A stretch of 64,000 nucleotides of DNA from an uncultured Actinomycetota bacterium. GTDB taxonomy: Bacteria; Actinomycetota; Actinomycetes; CAVWCF01. The stretch's first letter is position 1; every line of letters starts with the position of its first letter. Both the position numbers and the translations under genes were made by a program. The stretch lies in NCBI GenBank assembly GCA_963697565.1, contig CAVOOM010000009.1:70304-134303 (forward strand), read 5' to 3'. Shown here in pieces: positions 9,429 through 18,947 of this stretch. Under the pieces are notes generated by a model. That model did not search any database. It was not told the origin of the DNA and saw only the letters and a program-made list of their open reading frames with translations.

Positions 9429-12400
9429 GCCTGCAGCGCGAGGCCGATCTCGGCACACCCCGGCGCCCCGGTGAGCCGAGCGTCGACGTCCGCATCGACG
9501 GGCGCCGCGTGGCGGTGCCGGCCGGCACCTCGGTCCTGCGCGCCGCCGCCGAGGCGGGCATCCCGGTGCCGCGGCTGTGCGCCACCGACTCCCTCGAGCC
9601 CTTCGGCTCCTGCCGGCTGTGCCTCGTCGAGGTCGAGGGCCGGGGCGGCACCCCCGCGTCCTGCACGACCCCGTGCGAGGACGGCATGGTCGTGCGCACC
9701 CAGACCCCGGCGCTGGAGCGGCTGCGCCGCGGCGTGATGGAGCTCTACATCTCCGACCACCCGCTGGACTGCCTCACCTGCCCGGCCAACGGCGACTGCG
9801 AGCTGCAGGACATGGCGGGCGTGGTCGGGCTGCGCGAGGTCCGGTACGGCTACGCCGGAGAGAACCACCTCGACGCGCCCACCGACGACAGCAACCCGTA
9901 CTTCTCGTTCGACGCCAGCAAGTGCATCGTCTGCAGCCGCTGCGTGCGCGCCTGCGCCGAGGTGCAGGGGACGTTCGCGCTCACCATCGAGGGCCGCGGC
10001 TTCGACTCGCAGGTGAGCGCGGGCGGGCGGTCCTTCATGGACAGCGAGTGCGTCTCCTGCGGCGCGTGCGTGCAGGCGTGCCCGACCTCCACGCTGCAGG
10101 AGAAGACCGTCATCGACCTCGGCACGCCGACGCGGCGCGTCGAGACCACCTGCGCGTACTGCGGGGTCGGCTGCTCCTTCGCCGCGGAGCTGCGCGGCGA
10201 CGAGGTCGTGCGGATGCTGCCGCTGAAGTCCGGCGGCGCCAACGAGGGCCACTCGTGCGTCAAGGGCCGCTTCGCCTGGGGGTACGCCACCCACGCCGAC
10301 CGCGTCACCCGGCCGATGATCCGGTCGACCACCGGTGAGCCCTGGCAGGAGGTCTCCTGGGACGAGGCGATCGGGTTCGCCGCCTCCCGGCTGCGGGAGA
10401 TCCAGGAGCGGCACGGCGTCGACAGCATCGGCGGCATCACGTCGTCCCGCTGCACCAACGAGGAGGTCTACGTCGTCCAGAAGATGGTGCGCGCGGCCTT
10501 CGGCAACAACAACGTCGACACCTGCGCGCGGGTCTGCCACTCGCCGACCGGGTACGGCCTGTCGCAGACGTACGGCACCTCGGCCGGCACGCAGGACTTC
10601 GCCTCCGTCGCCGACAGCGACGTCATCCTGCTGATCGGGGCGAACCCGACCGACGCCCATCCCGTCTTCGCCGCCCGGATGAAGCGGCGGCTGCGCGAGG
10701 GGGCGGCGCTCATCGTCGTCGACCCCCGCCGCATCGACCTCGTGCGGTCGGCCCACGTCGAGGCGGCCCACCACCTGGCCCTGCGGCCGGGCACCAACGT
10801 CGCGATCGTCAACGCGATGGCCCACGTCGATCGTGACCGAGGGTCTCGCCGACCGCGCGTTCGTGCAGGAGCGCTGCGACCCGGACGCCTTCGCCGCGTG
10901 GGAGGCGTTCATCCGGCAGCCGCAGAACTCCCCGGAGGCGATGGCCGAGGCCTCGGGAGTGCCGGCCGAGGACATCCGCGCGGCCGCCCGGCTCTACGCG
11001 CGGGGCCCGAACTCGGCCATCTACTACGGCCTCGGCGTCACCGAGCACAGCCAGGGCTCGACGATGGTGATGGCCATGGCCAACCTGGCCATGGTGACCG
11101 GCAACATCGGCCGCCGCGGGCGTCGGCGTGAACCCGCTGCGCGGGCAGAACAACGTCCAGGGCTCGTGCGACATGGGGTCGTTCCCGCACGAGCTCCCCG
11201 GCTACCGGCACGTCTCCGACGACGTCGTCCGCGAGCAGTTCGAGGCGGTCTGGGGGCTCGAGCTGCGGTCCCGGCCGGGCCTGCGCATCCCCAACATGCT
11301 CGACGCCGCCACGGCCGGCTCGTTCCGCGCGCTGTACATCCAGGGCGAGGACCTCGCCCAGTCCGACCCGAACACCACGCACGTCAAGGCGGCGCTGGCC
11401 GCGATGGACCTGGTCATCGTCCAAGACCTCTTCCTCAACGAGACCGCGGCCTTCGCCCACGTATTCCTGCCGGGCACCTCGTTCTTGGAGAAGGACGGCA
11501 CATTCACCAACGCCGAGCGCCGGATCAACCGGGTGCGCCCGGTGATGGCGCCCAAGACCGGGATGGCCGAGTGGGAGGTCACCTGCGCGCTGGCCACCGC
11601 GCTCGGCTACCCGATGGCCTACGGCAGCGCGGCCGAGATCATGGCCGAGATCGCGGCGCTGACCCCGACCTTCGCCGGGGTCTCCTTCGAACGGCTGGAC
11701 GAGCTCGGCAGCATCCAGTGGCCGTGCAACGCCGACCACCCCGACGGGACCCCGGTCATGCACGTCGGCACGTTCACCCGGGGCTTGGGCCGGTTCGTCC
11801 CCACGCCGTACGTGCCGACCGACGAGCGCGCCACCCGGCGCTTCCCGCTGCTGCTGACGACGGGCCGGATCCTGAGCCAGTACAACGTCGGCGCCCAGAC
11901 CCGGCGCACGGCCAACATCCAGTGGCAGGGCGAGGACCTGCTGGAGATCCACGAGGCCGACGCCGGCGTGCGGGGGATCGAGGACGGCGCCTGGGTTGAG
12001 CTGTCGAGCCGGGTCGGCAGCACGGCCATGCGGGCGCGCATCACCGACCGGGTCCCGCCCGGCGTCGTCTACACCACGTTCCACTTCCCGGTGAGCGGGG
12101 CGAACGTGGTCACGACCGAGTACTCCGACTGGGCCACCAACTGCCCGGAGTACAAGGTCACCGCTGTCGAGGTGAGGCCCACGTTGCGCGCGGGCGGCCC
12201 CGCATCGGCCGAGCACCTGGGGCTTCAACCCGCGGAGCCCCAGGATCCGCAGGGGGCCGCGGCGCTGGTGCGGATGGCCGAGCAGATCGCCGCGAACCAC
12301 GCCAACCTTGGCGCCGCCCAGGCGGGGGAGGCCGTCGCGCGGCACCTCGACCGATACTGGACCGACGAGATGCTGGCGGGGCTCGCCGATCACCTCGCGA

Positions 12401-12474
12401 CGCATCCCGGCTCGCTGTCCGAGGTCGTGCAGGCCGCCCTCAGGCGGCGGCCGCCGCCTCCAACTGCTTCTTGA
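9425..12474 (+). pseudogene. fdsA: formate dehydrogenase alpha subunit (Mo/W-bisPGD, Cys type) with a C-terminal FdsD-like extension; two +1 frameshifts near 10829 and 11119 as sequenced
   Basis: ATG at 9425 overlaps the fdsB stop. The 2Fe-2S and 4Fe-4S Cys clusters are present, as are CAYCGVGCSF, the active-site region TCARVCHSPTGYG, VGVNPLRGQNNVQG and EYKVTAVEV. The tail LVRMAEQIAANH...ARHLDRYWTDEM resembles FdsD. The gene is pieced from ORFs 8186..11131, 10833..11999 and 11128..12474. Confidence 0.9.
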
Positions 12475-12883
12475 TGTTGGCCAGCAGGAGCTCAAGGCCG
12501 TCCACGTGCTCCTTGACCATCATCTTCTCGAAGGTCTTCCCCACGGCCGGGACATTCACGTGCCACTCGCCCTGCGCCGTCAGCTTCGTGCCGCCGTCCA
12601 CGGGCTCGAACGTGAAGGTCCAGGTCGGGTGCTCCAGCGCGAAACCGACCTCGGCCGTGATCCGCTCGGGGCGGACGACCTCGGTGTACTCAATGCCCGC
12701 CTCCATGTGGAAGCCCAGCCAGTGCATCCACAGCCGAGCCGAGGACCCGACGCCGTCCGGCGTCAGCACGACATCCGCCAACGCGACGTCAGGCCAGTCC
12801 CACAACTTCTTGATATCCAGCGCGTAGTCGAACACCTCCTCGACTGGGGCGGCAATGGTCACGCTCCGCGTCAACTTCGCCAT
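12440..12883 (-). CDS. SRPBCC (START/polyketide cyclase-like) family protein
   Basis: ORF 12440..12931. The start is chosen at MAKLTRSVTIAAPVEEVFDY, with a GAGGGG Shine-Dalgarno about 9 nt upstream. The 3' end overlaps the fdsA 3' end by 35 nt (convergent). Confidence 0.75.
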   Translation of the reverse strand: MAKLTRSVTIAAPVEEVFDYALDIKKLWDWPDVALADVVLTPDGVGSSARLWMHWLGFHMEAGIEYTEVVRPERITAEVGFALEHPTWTFTFEPVDGGTKLTAQGEWHVNVPAVGKTFEKMMVKEHVDGLELLLANIKKQLEAAAAA

Positions 12884-13112
12884 CGAACTCATCCCCTCTT
12901 CACTCGATCCACCAACTCCACCTTCAGCCAAGTCCGCATCCCGCCCGCTTTCCAGAGCCGGAGGGCCTCAATGCACGGCATGGCTCACCGCCGTCGGGCG
13001 GCACGGCGTCAGGTCCGGCGGCGTGGTGGGAGAGGTCGGCACCGGGCTCGCGGTCGGTCAGGCGGGGAGGTCTCTGCGCGACGGCATCCCGAGGCCGGGC
13101 TGGCTCATGACG

Positions 13113-13189
13113 TGGGGTGAGTGACGGGACTTGAACCCGCGGCCACCTGGACCACAACCAGGTGCTCTACCAGCTGAGCTACACCCACC
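13113..13189 (-). tRNA. tRNA-His (anticodon GTG) with encoded G-1 and 3' CCA
   Basis: The reverse complement is G-GTGGGTG-TA-GCTC..GAGC-A-CCTGG-TTGTGGT-CCAGG-TGGCC-GCGGG-TTCAAGT-CCCGT-CACTCAC-C-CCA. Confidence 0.9.
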
Positions 13190-13285
13190 GCGCGGCCCGG
13201 GGGCCGGCAGCCCGAAGGCCGGGGCCGAGTGTACGGGAGGCCGGCGGGTGCCCGGTAATCCCTGACCGCGACCCGGTGCGGACGA

Positions 13286-13978
13286 TCAGCCCTCGGCCGG
13301 GGCCGGCATGCCGTACTGCGCGGCGATCGCGCGCGCGGTCGCCGTGTCGGGGCCAGGCGCCGGCACGAAGAGCGCCGCCCGGTAGAACCGCAGCTCCTCG
13401 ATGCTGTCGCGGATGTCGGCCAGCGCCCGGTGGCCGCCTTGCTTCGCCGGGGCGTTGAAGTAGACCCGCGGGTACCACCGCCGCGCCAGCTCTTTGAACG
13501 ACGAGACGTCGACCAGGCGGTAGTGCAGGTGCGCCTCCAGCGCTGGCATGTCGCGGGCGAGGAACCCGCGGTCGGTGTAGACCGACGAGCCGCACAGCGG
13601 GGCCTTGCGCGGCTCGGCCACATGGCCGGCGACGTAGGCGAGCACCTGGCGCTCGGCCTCCTCCAGGCTCACGGTCTCGGGGCCGGCCAGGGCCTCCAGC
13701 AGCCCCGAGGCGGTGTGCATCTGCACCACGAACTCGTCCATCTGGTCGAGGGCGGCCTGCGGCGGGGCGATCAGCACGTCGATGCCCTCGTCGAGCACGT
13801 TGAGATCGGCGTCGGTGACGATCGCCGCGACCTCGACCAGCGCGTCGTGGACAAGGTCCAGGCCGGTCATCTCGCAGTCGATCCAGACCAGGCGATCGGT
13901 CACGCGGGTGCCTCCAGGGGCGGGATACTGGGGCCGAGCAACGATGCTCGGCCGGTCGACACGAGGGTAGGGGGTCAT
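13286..13978 (-). CDS. orn: oligoribonuclease
   Basis: ORF 13286..14026. DEDDh exonuclease motifs are LVWIDCEMTGL, LCGSSVYTDRGFL and GGHRALADIRDSIEELRFY. The start is set at the second ATG (13978), so the exact start is uncertain. Confidence 0.85.
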   Translation of the reverse strand: MTPYPRVDRPSIVARPQYPAPGGTRVTDRLVWIDCEMTGLDLVHDALVEVAAIVTDADLNVLDEGIDVLIAPPQAALDQMDEFVVQMHTASGLLEALAGPETVSLEEAERQVLAYVAGHVAEPRKAPLCGSSVYTDRGFLARDMPALEAHLHYRLVDVSSFKELARRWYPRVYFNAPAKQGGHRALADIRDSIEELRFYRAALFVPAPGPDTATARAIAAQYGMPAPAEG

Positions 13979-15363
13979 GGCCACCGCACCTGTGCTGGCC
14001 TTCCACGGCGGCGTCGGCACGGTCACCGGCAGCCGGTTCGCGCTTGGAGACCCATCAGGCCCGCGTCCTGGTCGACGCCGGCCTCTTCCAGGGCCTGCGC
14101 GAGCTGCGCCGCCGCAACTGGGACCCCCCGCCGTTCGACCCGGCCCGGCTCGACGCGGTGCTCCTCACCCACGCCCACCTCGACCACTGCGGCTACCTCC
14201 CACGGCTGGCCAGGGACGGCCTCACCGCGCATGTGCTCGCCTCGCCGTACACCGCCGAGCTGGCCGAGATCGTGCTGCGCGACAGCGCGCACCTGCAGGA
14301 GGAGGACGCCCGCTACGCCGCGGAGAAGGGCTTCTCCAAGCACGCCCACCCGGAGCCGTTGTACGACACGGCCGACGTCGAGACCGCTCTGCGGCTGTTT
14401 GAGCCGCTGCCGTTCGGTGAGCGCCGCGCGATCGCGGCGGGGGTCCACGCCACCCTGCATCCGGCCGGCCACATCCTCGGGGCCTCGGTGGCCGAGGTCG
14501 AGGTGGACGGCCGGCGGGTGGTCTTCAGCGGCGACCTCGGGCGCGCCAACCACCCGCTCATGGAGCCCCCCGGCCCGCCGCCGGCCGCCGACGTCATCGT
14601 GGTCGAGTCCACCTACGGCAACCGCCGGCACGAGCCCGACGGCCAGGTGCTGGCCGACGCCATCCGGCGCACCGTCCAGCGCGGGGGCTCGGTGCTGATC
14701 CCGGCGTTCGCGGTCGACCGCACCGAGGTGCTGCTCCAGGCGCTGCGGCGGCTCGTCCGCCTCGGCGAGATCCCCGACCTGCCCGTCTGGGTGGACAGCC
14801 CGATGGCGCTCGCCGCCCTCGAGGTCTACCGGCGGGCGGTGCGCGAGGGCTCGCCCGAGCTGCGCGACGACGTCGTACGCGCCGGCGGCGACCTCTTCGA
14901 CCCCGGCCGGCTGCGCGAGGCCCGAACGGCCGAGCAGTCGATCGCGCTCAACGCCCCCAGCGTCCCGAGCATCGTGATCTCCGCCTCGGGGATGGCCTCG
15001 GGCGGCCGCGTCGTGCACCACCTCCGGGCGATGCTGCCCGACCCGCGCAACACGGTCGTCCTCGTGGGATACCAGGCCATCGGCACGCGCGGGCGCGACC
15101 TCGCCGAGGGGGCCACCCAGCTGAAGATGCACGGGCGGTACGTCCCGGTGCGCGCCGAGATCGCGCAGGCGCAGGCCTTCTCGGTGCACGCGGATGCAGA
15201 CGAGCTGATCGGGTGGCTGGCCTCCACGCCGAAGGCGCCCGAAGCCTGCTACGTCGTCCATGGCGAGCCGGACGCCTCGGCCGCGCTGGTCCAACGCATC
15301 GGCGCCGAGCTCGGCTGGCTGGCGGTGGCCCCGCGGCCGGGGGACCGGGTCCGCCTCGACTAG
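13977..15363 (+). pseudogene. MBL-fold metallo-hydrolase with beta-CASP / RNA-specificity domain; +1 frameshift near 14041 as sequenced
   Basis: MATAPVLAFHGGVGTVTGSRFAL is in frame 3, then ORF 14044..15363 reads ETHQARVLVDAGLFQGLRELRRRNWDPPPF...LTHAHLDHCGYLPRL...VESTYGNRRH...FSVHADADEL. Confidence 0.8.
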
Positions 15364-15370
15364 CCCGCGG

Positions 15371-16375
15371 TCACTCCTCGGCGAGGACGTCCGCCCCGTC
15401 CAGGACCTCCTCGACCGGTCGCCGCGGGATGGGCGGCGCCGCCGCCCCGTAGCCCAGCCGCAGCAGCATCTGGGGGTAGCCGATCCCGGCTCTGGGGTCG
15501 CGCACCAGCCAGCGCAGGTCGGCGCGCTCCAACGGCTGGTTGGCGAACGAGGCCGACACGCCCTCGATGGTGGCCACCAGCAAGACGCGCTCCAGGGCGG
15601 CGCCTGCCCGGATCCACGCCGCGCGGTCATCGTCGCGGGTGGCGAGCACGCCCAGCGTGGGGGTCCGCTCGAACGACTCCTGCTGGCGGCCCTCGATCGG
15701 CCGGCCGCGCCGCAGATCGCGGAACGGCGCATGCGGGTCGTCGGGGAGCGGCCCGAGCGCGTAGCCCGGAACGCCGTCCATGCGGTCGGGCGGGACACCC
15801 GTCCACTCGGCGGCCTCCGCCGCGAGCTCCGGGTTGAGATCGCGTTCGAGGTCGCCGGCATGGATGAGCTGCACGATGCGGCCCAGCTCGTGCGGGTCGG
15901 TCACCAGCCGCAGATCCGCCCCCTCGGCGGCGGCGGCGTCGATCAGCGCGCTCTGCACGCTCTGCGGGAGCGGGCGGTCCTCGAACGGCCCCCGGTGGGT
16001 GTGCCGCAGGGCGATCGCGTCGTAGAGGGCCCCGGCCATCCCGGAGCGCGCGTCGCGCCCCGACAAAGTGACCCGCGCCACCACGAGCGGGTCGCCGGGG
16101 TCCGGCAGCAGCCGGGTGGTCGGCTCATATCCGAAGTGCTCGGCCGCCACCTGCAGGTTGAGCAGCGCGGCGCCGCAGGACACGAGCATCGAGCGGCCCT
16201 CGGGGTCGACGTGCACCAGCTGGCGCCCGCTGTCGGCGCGCAGCCACACGTCCGCGCCGTCGACCTCGAACCGCCAAGGCTGGGTGTTGTGGATCGACGG
16301 AGCGGCGACGGCCGCCTCCAGCAGAACGCGCACGTCGTCGGCCGAGGGGGTGGGACGGGACGTGGTCGCGGGCAT
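15371..16375 (-). CDS. Acg-family nitroreductase-like FMN-binding oxidoreductase
   Basis: ORF 15371..16375, 334 aa. The N-terminus LLEAAVAAPSIHNTQPWRF and the two-lobed nitroreductase layout resemble M. tuberculosis Acg (Rv2032) type proteins. Confidence 0.8.
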   Translation of the reverse strand: MPATTSRPTPSADDVRVLLEAAVAAPSIHNTQPWRFEVDGADVWLRADSGRQLVHVDPEGRSMLVSCGAALLNLQVAAEHFGYEPTTRLLPDPGDPLVVARVTLSGRDARSGMAGALYDAIALRHTHRGPFEDRPLPQSVQSALIDAAAAEGADLRLVTDPHELGRIVQLIHAGDLERDLNPELAAEAAEWTGVPPDRMDGVPGYALGPLPDDPHAPFRDLRRGRPIEGRQQESFERTPTLGVLATRDDDRAAWIRAGAALERVLLVATIEGVSASFANQPLERADLRWLVRDPRAGIGYPQMLLRLGYGAAAPPIPRRPVEEVLDGADVLAEE

Positions 16376-16396
16376 GCAGGCCTCCAGGTGCGGGCG

Positions 16397-17308
16397 TCAG
16401 CCCACGCGGACGATGGCGACGGGGCAGTACGCGTGATGCAGCACGGAGTGCGACACGGACCCCAGCAGCAGGCTCGCGAAGCCGCCGCGGCCGCGGCTGC
16501 CGACGGCGACCAGCGCCGCCCCCTTGGATGCCTCGATCAGGATCTTGGCGGCCTTGCCGTGGTGGACGATCGTGCGCACATCCACATCGGGGTACTCCTC
16601 CCGCCAGCCGGCCAGGGCCTCGGCGGTCGTGCGCAGCTCGTCTGAGGCCACCTCGTCGAGGGGGACCGGCAGCACCACGGGGGTGCCGATGGCGTCGACC
16701 GTCGGCGCGTACCAGCCGTGGGCCACGGTCAGCCCGCACTGGCGCCGCGAGGCCTCCTGGAAGGCGAACGCCAGCGCGGCCTCGGAGATCTCCGAGCCGT
16801 CGACGCCGACGACCACGCGCCCGGCCTCCGGCCCGGGCGGCACGTCGGCGTGCTCGCGGTGGATCACCACGGGGCAATGCGCGTGCCCCGCGACCTGCAC
16901 ACCGGTGGAGCCGATGAGGAGCTCGCTGAAGCTGTCGAGTCCGCGCGAGCCCAGCACGATCAGGGAGGCGCGCTCAGACTCCGCGACGTCGAGCATCGCC
17001 GTGACGGGAGGCCCGCTGACCAGTCGGCCCTCGACAGCGACCCCGCCGGCGTGGGTGCGCGCGTGCTCGACCTCGGTGTCCAGCGAGTCTTGGGCGCCCT
17101 GCTTGACCGCGTCGAACGACGGGCCGGGGACCGCTGCACCCATCGCGACGGGAGGCAGCGGCATGGCCCAGGCATGGACGGCGATGAGGGCCAGGCCGCG
17201 CTGGGCGGCAGCCGCCAAGGCCCAATCCAAGGCGAGGCGCGAGGTGTCTGAGCCGTCGACGCCGACGACGACAGGGCCGGTGAGGTGTGCGGCGCTCTGG
17301 TCGGGCAT
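16397..17308 (-). CDS. universal stress protein with tandem USP domains
   Basis: ORF 16397..17371. The start is chosen at MPDQSAAHLTGPVVVGVDGSD, preceded by GAGGAGG. Two repeats carry VGVDGS...A..WA and GSRG.G.....LGS....V..HA.CPV. Confidence 0.85.
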   Translation of the reverse strand: MPDQSAAHLTGPVVVGVDGSDTSRLALDWALAAAAQRGLALIAVHAWAMPLPPVAMGAAVPGPSFDAVKQGAQDSLDTEVEHARTHAGGVAVEGRLVSGPPVTAMLDVAESERASLIVLGSRGLDSFSELLIGSTGVQVAGHAHCPVVIHREHADVPPGPEAGRVVVGVDGSEISEAALAFAFQEASRRQCGLTVAHGWYAPTVDAIGTPVVLPVPLDEVASDELRTTAEALAGWREEYPDVDVRTIVHHGKAAKILIEASKGAALVAVGSRGRGGFASLLLGSVSHSVLHHAYCPVAIVRVG

Positions 17309-17467
17309 GGCGACCTCCTCGCGACTGCGGGACCGGTGCGCAGGGGGAAGGCCCGAGCGCACACCGGCCACGACCGGACGCCTTCAGGATGCCGCTCCGC
17401 GGGCGGCGCGTGATCGGGCCGATGGTCCCGACTCGGGGGGTCCCTGGGCCGGGATTCGGCCCTGGGA

Positions 17468-18805
17468 CTAGCCGCCGAACTCCCAGTGCCACGGCTCGGG
17501 CTTGCTGCCGCCCTGCTGCGCCCACGACGGGAGGTACCAGCCAAAGCGCGGCGCGTTGGCCCGCATCCACTGGTGGGTCACCGAGCTGAACGAGTTGATG
17601 CCGTCGCACAGGTCGACGGCCTGGCCCCACCCGTGGTTGGAGGTGCCTGGGGCGGCGGCGAGGACGGGCTTCAGCGCCTTGAGCGCCACCTGCTGGGCGT
17701 ACGAGCGGTAGGAGTCCGTGACGCAGATCGGCTTGCCGAAGGTGCCCGCGTAGTCGCGGCTCATCCGGTCGAAGGCGGCCGCGGCGTCGCCGCGGAGGAA
17801 GTGGTACGGGTAGCCCCAGACCGACTTCAGGGCCGCCTTGGGGATGCAGCCGTTGCGGTAGCCACCTCGGGTGGCCGGGAGCGGGTTGGCGCAGCCGTCG
17901 GCCAAGGCCGGGATGCCCTGGGCCTGCTCCCGGGCCCGGCGCTTGGCGTCCTCTGCGGCGCGCCGCAGCGCCTCGGCGCGGGCCTTCTCCATCTGCTGGG
18001 CGCGGTCGGTCGCGGCGGCCGCGCCGGCCTGGCTTGCCGCGCGCGCGGCGTCCACGGCGGCGACCTGGCGCTTCTGCTGCGACGCGAGCGCGGCGGCCTG
18101 CTGGCGGGCTGCCGCTGCGGCGGCCTCCGCTGCCTCGGCCTGCTGCCGGGAGGCCTCGGCTTGGGCCCGGGCCGCCTCGGCCTGCTGATGGGCCTGGTCG
18201 GCCAAGTCCTGGGCCGCCTTCGCCGCGGCGCGGGCCGCCTCCAGGTCGTCCACGACGCCAGAGCTGGTGGTTCCCACGATCCGAACGGACTGCAGGCGCC
18301 GGGCGAATTCGGCTGGGTTGCCGGACTCCAGCAGCGTCCCGTACTGCGCGAGCTGGCCGTACTGGCCCTGCCGGTAGAGCGACGATGCGTACCGCCGCAG
18401 CTTGGTGCGAGCCTCATCTTCGCCGGCCTTCGCCGTGGCGAACTGCGCGGCAGCGGCCTCGGCGGCGGCGCGCGCCTGGCCTTCGGCGGCGCGGGCCTGG
18501 GCCTCGGCGGCCCGGGCCTGGCCGGCCTGCCCGGTCGCGTCGTTGAACTGCTGCAGCGCGGCGCTGGACTGGTTGGCGAGGTCCTGCAGGCGGGTCTGCT
18601 CGGCTGCGAGCTGCCTGCTTTGGGCGACCGCCTGGGCGGCCAGCTGCGCCGCCTTGGCCTTCTCCGCGGCGATCTGGGCCGGGGTCGGGACCGGGTTCTT
18701 GGCCGACGTCGCGGCCGCCGGCACGCCGAGGGTCGCCACCACGGCGAAGGCCGCGGCGAGGGCGAACAAGCGCGTGCGGGGACGTGCGGGCAGTCGGGGC
18801 GTCAC
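17468..18805 (-). CDS. secreted coiled-coil protein with C-terminal M15B (VanY-like D-Ala-D-Ala carboxypeptidase) domain
   Basis: ORF 17468..18805. Signal peptide MTPRLPARPRTRLFALAAAFAVVATLGVPAAATSA is followed by about 270 aa of Ala/Gln/Glu coiled coil with heptad repeats. Zn-peptidase motifs are SYRSYAQQ, SNHGWGQAVD and EPWHWE. Confidence 0.8.
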   Translation of the reverse strand: MTPRLPARPRTRLFALAAAFAVVATLGVPAAATSAKNPVPTPAQIAAEKAKAAQLAAQAVAQSRQLAAEQTRLQDLANQSSAALQQFNDATGQAGQARAAEAQARAAEGQARAAAEAAAAQFATAKAGEDEARTKLRRYASSLYRQGQYGQLAQYGTLLESGNPAEFARRLQSVRIVGTTSSGVVDDLEAARAAAKAAQDLADQAHQQAEAARAQAEASRQQAEAAEAAAAAARQQAAALASQQKRQVAAVDAARAASQAGAAAATDRAQQMEKARAEALRRAAEDAKRRAREQAQGIPALADGCANPLPATRGGYRNGCIPKAALKSVWGYPYHFLRGDAAAAFDRMSRDYAGTFGKPICVTDSYRSYAQQVALKALKPVLAAAPGTSNHGWGQAVDLCDGINSFSSVTHQWMRANAPRFGWYLPSWAQQGGSKPEPWHWEFGG

Positions 18806-18947
18806 GCAGGAGTCATCGGCACCTCCGCCCGAGCCCCTAAGCGGGCGTCTCGCGATCTGGACGTCTGCGCCGCCGCCACGGCCGATAATCGCAACTGCGT
18901 CTGGGTCGCGGCCCGGGCTTCCTTGACCCCCATGCGCGGAGGGCTCA

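Noticed and set aside
10520-10550. Selenocysteine in the formate dehydrogenase active site.
   Set aside because: The active-site codon is TGC (Cys) within ARVCHSPTGYG. There is no in-frame TGA and no need for a SECIS element.
8186-11131. The 981-aa ORF that looks like a single large protein.
   Set aside because: It is a composite. The first ~1.2 kb is an out-of-frame shadow of fdsB (Arg/Gly/Pro junk). Real FdsA starts at the ATG at 9425, and the ORF leaves the true frame near 10829. The same reasoning applies to 55581..58910, 20687..22015, 6934..8244, 50879..52945 and 60379..62244.
17309-17467. A DosR/DevR box upstream of the USP and Acg genes.
   Set aside because: GGGACC and AGTCCC half-site-like hexamers occur, but in the wrong orientation and spacing for the 20-bp palindrome TTSGGGACTWWAGTCCCSAA. 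There is no convincing match.
18806-18947. A possible c-di-AMP (ydaO-type) riboswitch in the 140-nt leader of the M15 cell-wall peptidase gene.
   Set aside because: The context is tempting, because such riboswitches precede actinobacterial cell-wall hydrolases. However, I could not find the conserved ydaO cores (for example the ...CCGA..CCG.CAGCU.ACC.CGUA.GCG type segment or the paired GGGG..CCCA / GGGGUGAAUC elements). Only an Infernal scan could settle it.
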